A stretch of DNA of 64,000 nt, taken from assembly GCA_002433895.1 (NCBI GenBank), contig DJJA01000003.1:9950-73949 (forward strand), in the 5' to 3' direction. The DNA is from Candidatus Gottesmanbacteria bacterium UBA6580 (GTDB lineage: Bacteria; Patescibacteriota; Microgenomatia; UBA10105; UBA927). The notes under the pieces were generated by a model. The model was given only the letters and a program-made list of their open reading frames with translations. It did not search any database and had not been told where the DNA came from. Made by a program: the position numbers and the translations under genes. Positions 61,524 through 64,000 of this stretch are shown one piece after another (position 1 is the stretch's first letter; each line of letters opens with the position of its first letter).

Positions 61524-62009
61524 CTATTTTGAATTACCGAGAGGAACAAAATTCCATGTTGTATAGAGCGTGTCGCCACTTGAATACAGAAAAATGTCTC
61601 CGGTGAATGTCTGGGTGGATTCGCTGGGAGTTCCCGCGAAAAACGTGTAGTCGAACGTGCCCGACATCTTCAGATTGTTGACTGCTGGATTCCACGTCAG
61701 GATGTGTGTCAAGCACTTGACCTGCCAGATATCATCTGCCTGCCGGATGCCATAGACATAGGTTCCTGCCCAATTGACGACGAACTGGTCACCCAGATTC
61801 GAAATCGAAAGAGGCAAAATATCTGCGACGGTCACCGACTGGTTGACATCAAGCTGGGTCCAAGAATGACCTGAAACCCGAACGAGCGGCACCACGGAAA
61901 CCGTAAGTGTCGTGGATTGACTGGCTTCAGCGGCTTGAACCTGCGGTTGTGTGAACAGCGTTAATATCATCCCCATTACAACAAACATTGTGGTGAGTTT
62001 ACTTTTCAT
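61524..62009 (-). CDS. Secreted hypothetical protein
   Basis: SD AAGGAG, signal peptide ending VQA, beta-rich mature part. Confidence 0.75.
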   Translation of the reverse strand: MKSKLTTMFVVMGMILTLFTQPQVQAAEASQSTTLTVSVVPLVRVSGHSWTQLDVNQSVTVADILPLSISNLGDQFVVNWAGTYVYGIRQADDIWQVKCLTHILTWNPAVNNLKMSGTFDYTFFAGTPSESTQTFTGDIFLYSSGDTLYTTWNFVPLGNSK

Positions 62010-62230
62010 TTGTGCTCCTTTATAGTCTTGACCGACTTCTTTTTAAATATGATTTAACTTCCCCTCTAAACTGCTAGGTAAAACCCAACAATACATGAGT
62101 TCCACATAGCAGTTTAGGGGGCGGAGACTTGGGAGATTATCACGCCATTTTTTCCACCTATCCGTTCGGTCTATAAGCTTCGCATTTGAAGCCACGACCG
62201 AACGCCTCGCTTTGTTAAGGTACAGCCTAT

Positions 62231-62259
62231 AGTTTATCTAATTTCCCTATAAAAGTCAA
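62231..62259 (-). promoter_or_regulatory. Sigma70-type promoter
   Basis: TTGACT-N17-TAAACT. Confidence 0.65.
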
Positions 62260-62303
62260 ATAATCTAGCCACCTTTACGGGAGAATTTGATTCGCTTAAG
62301 GCC

Positions 62304-62400
62304 AAAAAAAACCCGGCGGTCTGCCGGGAAAATGGAGGACGGTGCGGAAGTAAATCCGAGAAACCAAATCCTGTTGTGGAATATTGCCTCCATCGCCCCT
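62304..62400 (-). ncRNA. Candidate small RNA
   Basis: Lies between a TTGACA-N17-TATATA promoter and a CCCGGC/GCCGGG-T8 terminator; ends are complementary. Confidence 0.4.
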
Positions 62401-62439
62401 ATAGTATATAGGGGAAACGCATGGTCTTGTCAAGCTAAA

Positions 62440-63048
62440 TCACCGTTTTTCGATACCACGCCGGATCTCGCGACCCAACAACCACGCCACAAAGGGAATA
62501 AATTCCACAAGCAAGATGGTGTCACGCCAGACAGATTTATCTCTTGTATACGCGACATCATTCCTCATCCACGCGTCGAAATCCAAATGATATTTGCCGG
62601 TTAAAATCGCGGGGGATATTATCCCGGGTAGCACGCTCTCCCGCTCGCGCATCCATGGCTGTAATTTTTTTGCTTCGGAAAGGGGGAGTGGCCGCGGACC
62701 GACAAGCGCCATCTCCCCACGAAGCACGTTGATAATCTGCGGAAGCTCATCAAGGCCAATATGGCTTAATACTTTTCCTATACGGGTAAACCGGGGATCA
62801 TTATGGATTTTAAACACCGGACCATCAGATTCATTTTGCCTCCTGAACTGATGCTGTTTCTTTTCTGCAGATCGGACCATCGTTCTGAATTTATAAATCG
62901 TAAACAATTTCCCGTTTTTTCCAACCCGCACCTGACGAAAAATAACGGGAAACCCAGAAGTTAACGCAATGATGAGTGCTGTTACGGCAAGAACTGGCAA
63001 TAAACTTATGCCGACAAACACAACTGCGATAAAATAGAATATATTCAT
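62440..63048 (-). CDS. Bacterial sugar transferase (polyprenyl-phosphate glycosylphosphotransferase)
   Basis: FRQVRVG, KFRTM, DPRFT, LDELPQ, LVGPRP. Confidence 0.92.
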   Translation of the reverse strand: MNIFYFIAVVFVGISLLPVLAVTALIIALTSGFPVIFRQVRVGKNGKLFTIYKFRTMVRSAEKKQHQFRRQNESDGPVFKIHNDPRFTRIGKVLSHIGLDELPQIINVLRGEMALVGPRPLPLSEAKKLQPWMRERESVLPGIISPAILTGKYHLDFDAWMRNDVAYTRDKSVWRDTILLVEFIPFVAWLLGREIRRGIEKR

Positions 63049-63440
63049 ACATCCATAACCCCTCTCAGTACCGGGGATACTCCCAAATCCAACCCATATG
63101 CGCATATAGCCGCCTCGTGGAAAATGGGTCATTGCGTGCTTTTGCGGACGCCGTCTCCACGCTCATATGTTTCCCATATAATCGATAATCCCTTCGTTAC
63201 ATCAGTCGTTGGTTACCAACCCGTGTCTCCCTAACGCGATATCCCCGTTGCAGAGCAGTACGGGCGATATTCGTTCTGATAAAATCAACTCCACTAAAAA
63301 ATACAATTTTCATTCTTCACTAATATGCATTCAGATTGTTGAATAAACACATTGTACTATACGCGTATCATACCCAATCAGTCTCACGAACGACATAGAC
63401 AAAATGCCACAGAGCCGCTAAAACTTGTATAATACGGCTC

Positions 63441-64000
63441 ATGATCAACCAGGCTTTACATTTTTGGGAACTTTTATGGGAAATGACAGAAAAGGAACTC
63501 CGTGCGCGCTACAAACATACTGTGTTTGGTTTCTTATGGCTCGTCGCAAACCCCGCATTGCAAATGTTGATTATCGGCTTCATATTTCCACTGTTTTTTG
63601 AAACTCAAATCGAGCATTACTCTTTCTACTTATTCACGGGACTGTTAGCATGGAACTTTTTCTCTCTATCACTCAGCAAAGCCACACCATCAATCGTGTT
63701 TGAGCGTTCGTTGGTAAAAAAGGCCATGTTTCCCCGTGCGGTAATCCCGCTTTCGATTGTCATGTCAAATTTCATCAACTACACTGTAGCGCTTGTCATA
63801 TTTCTCATACCAGTGCTTTTCCTCAATACACTCTCACTGAAATCTTGTATATTTTTCCTCGTCGGCATGACGGCGCTAGTTGTGCTTGCCGCAGGCATTA
63901 GTCTTCTTACCTCTGCACTAAATGTTCGGTATAGAGATATCAATTTTTTTGTCCAAGCATTACTTATTATTTGGTTTTATGCAACCCCCATCGTATATGC
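63441..64000 (+). CDS. wzm: ABC-2 polysaccharide export permease, runs off the window edge
   Basis: Hand translation MINQALHFWELLWEMTEKELRARYKHTVFGFLW...WFYATPIVY; TATAAT 7 nt before the ATG. Confidence 0.88.
   Translation, partial: MINQALHFWELLWEMTEKELRARYKHTVFGFLWLVANPALQMLIIGFIFPLFFETQIEHYSFYLFTGLLAWNFFSLSLSKATPSIVFERSLVKKAMFPRAVIPLSIVMSNFINYTVALVIFLIPVLFLNTLSLKSCIFFLVGMTALVVLAAGISLLTSALNVRYRDINFFVQALLIIWFYATPIVY

Noticed and set aside
61340-61579. 79 aa minus-strand ORF
   Set aside because: It overlaps the upstream gene, spans a terminator-like hairpin and has no recognisable features.
62380-62400. Fluoride riboswitch-like start GGCGATGGAG
   Set aside because: The required following CGCC pairing and 3' pseudoknot segment are absent, and no fluoride-related gene follows.
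1-64000. Alternative genetic code (UGA as Gly or Trp)
   Set aside because: Conserved genes are full length in code 11, and several end at TGA in ATGA overlaps.

Overview
This is a gene-dense bacterial chromosome segment in the standard genetic code, with most genes on the minus strand. The gene set suggests a Patescibacteria/CPR (Microgenomates-like) genome; this is inferred from the archaeal-type ATP ligase and PyrH, the stand-alone 5'-3' exonuclease, DUF4012/DUF5652-like proteins and short GC palindromic repeats. It holds redox genes (gdh-FNR-trxB-trxA), a CsoR copper locus, a Crp-VKOR-SDR unit, replication/repair and translation genes, two tRNA(CAT) genes, the rpmH-rnpA-yidD-yidC-jag block, murL-murD2 and envelope glycosylation genes. 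The best candidate novel system is a tryptophan-sensing operon at 31.8-35.9 kb. A short-stem-I Trp T-box precedes a divergent TrpD-like gene whose SD-led start is out of frame with the main ORF. The two frames meet at a near copy of the prfB +1 frameshift cassette (GGGG-TAT-CTT-TGx-C) with a Trp codon in place of the stop. BtpA/SgcQ and a TrpRS fused to a tRNA-binding domain follow. Other highlights are a matching short-stem-I Val T-box before valS, and a triplicated pair of acidic helical and membrane-helix proteins next to an ABC exporter with an oddly hydrophilic membrane domain. Family calls rest on motifs read by eye, and no database searches were run.
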